The translations under genes were made by a program, and so were the position numbers. A stretch of DNA of 64,000 nucleotides. Source: Terriglobia bacterium (GTDB lineage: Bacteria > Acidobacteriota > Polarisedimenticolia > Polarisedimenticolales > JAIQFR01). The stretch covers positions 17,071 to 81,070 of the forward strand of contig JAIQFR010000009.1 of assembly GCA_020073205.1 (NCBI GenBank), written 5' to 3'. The notes under the pieces were generated by a model. It did no database searches and was not told where the DNA came from. It saw only the letters and a program-made list of their open reading frames with translations. Below are positions 63,838 to 64,000 of the stretch, piece after piece (the first letter of the stretch is position 1; each line of letters begins with the position of its first letter).

Positions 63838-64000
63838 CTACGACCCCACCGTCTTCCCGCAGTACCTGCACACCTTCGCCGCCGCCTTGATCGTCTCCGC
63901 GCAGTAGGGGCAGGCGCGCGTCGCTCCCGTCGCGACCGACGGGGCGTTCGAGTCGCGCGCCTGGGCGCTTTCGATCAGCTGCTTGATCCTTACGGCGTCG
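63838..64000 (-). CDS. 3' end of a gene encoding a C-terminal zinc-ribbon (partial; continues beyond the window)
   Basis: Minus-strand translation reads ...DAVRIKQLIESAQARDSNAPSVATGATRACPYCAETIKAAAKVCRYCGKTVGS*, which carries a CPYC...CRYC pair. Confidence 0.5.
   Translation of the reverse strand, partial: DAVRIKQLIESAQARDSNAPSVATGATRACPYCAETIKAAAKVCRYCGKTVGS

Overview
Very GC-rich (by eye about two-thirds to 70% G+C), gene-dense bacterial chromosomal DNA. I found no rRNA, tRNA, CRISPR array, transposase or integrase. All protein calls come from motif recognition in the supplied translations, with no database search. Many long ORFs in the track are antisense or alternate-frame artefacts of high GC and were discarded. 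The gene mix is TMTC-like TPR proteins, GT39 glycosyltransferases and a fused membrane/spermidine-synthase protein. To me this looks Acidobacteriota-like, which is inference only. Housekeeping genes include tkt, glk, nth, uppS, fabF, a class I FBP aldolase, leuS, copA, mscL and an MgtA-type ATPase, plus many envelope genes. The loci most worth follow-up are: (1) a translationally coupled operon at 48.4-53.8 kb, dsrC / DsrM-like / DsrK-like / YafK-like L,D-transpeptidase-fold / carbamoyltransferase fused to SxtJ; (2) a stripped-down ClpX-like AAA+ with a polytopic membrane protein, GT39 and a secreted protein at 29.6-34.9 kb; (3) an 800-aa HerA/FtsK-like ATPase overlapping nth; (4) a leaderless-looking 596-aa protein with a metzincin-like C-terminus plus a coupled lipoprotein at 59.7-62.1 kb; (5) a hicBA module with an N-terminally extended HicB; (6) an eroded islet holding a decayed MNT/HEPN pair. 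Three genes carry frame disruptions (the DsrM-like gene, pepF and the MNT gene). These may be real lesions or assembly errors.
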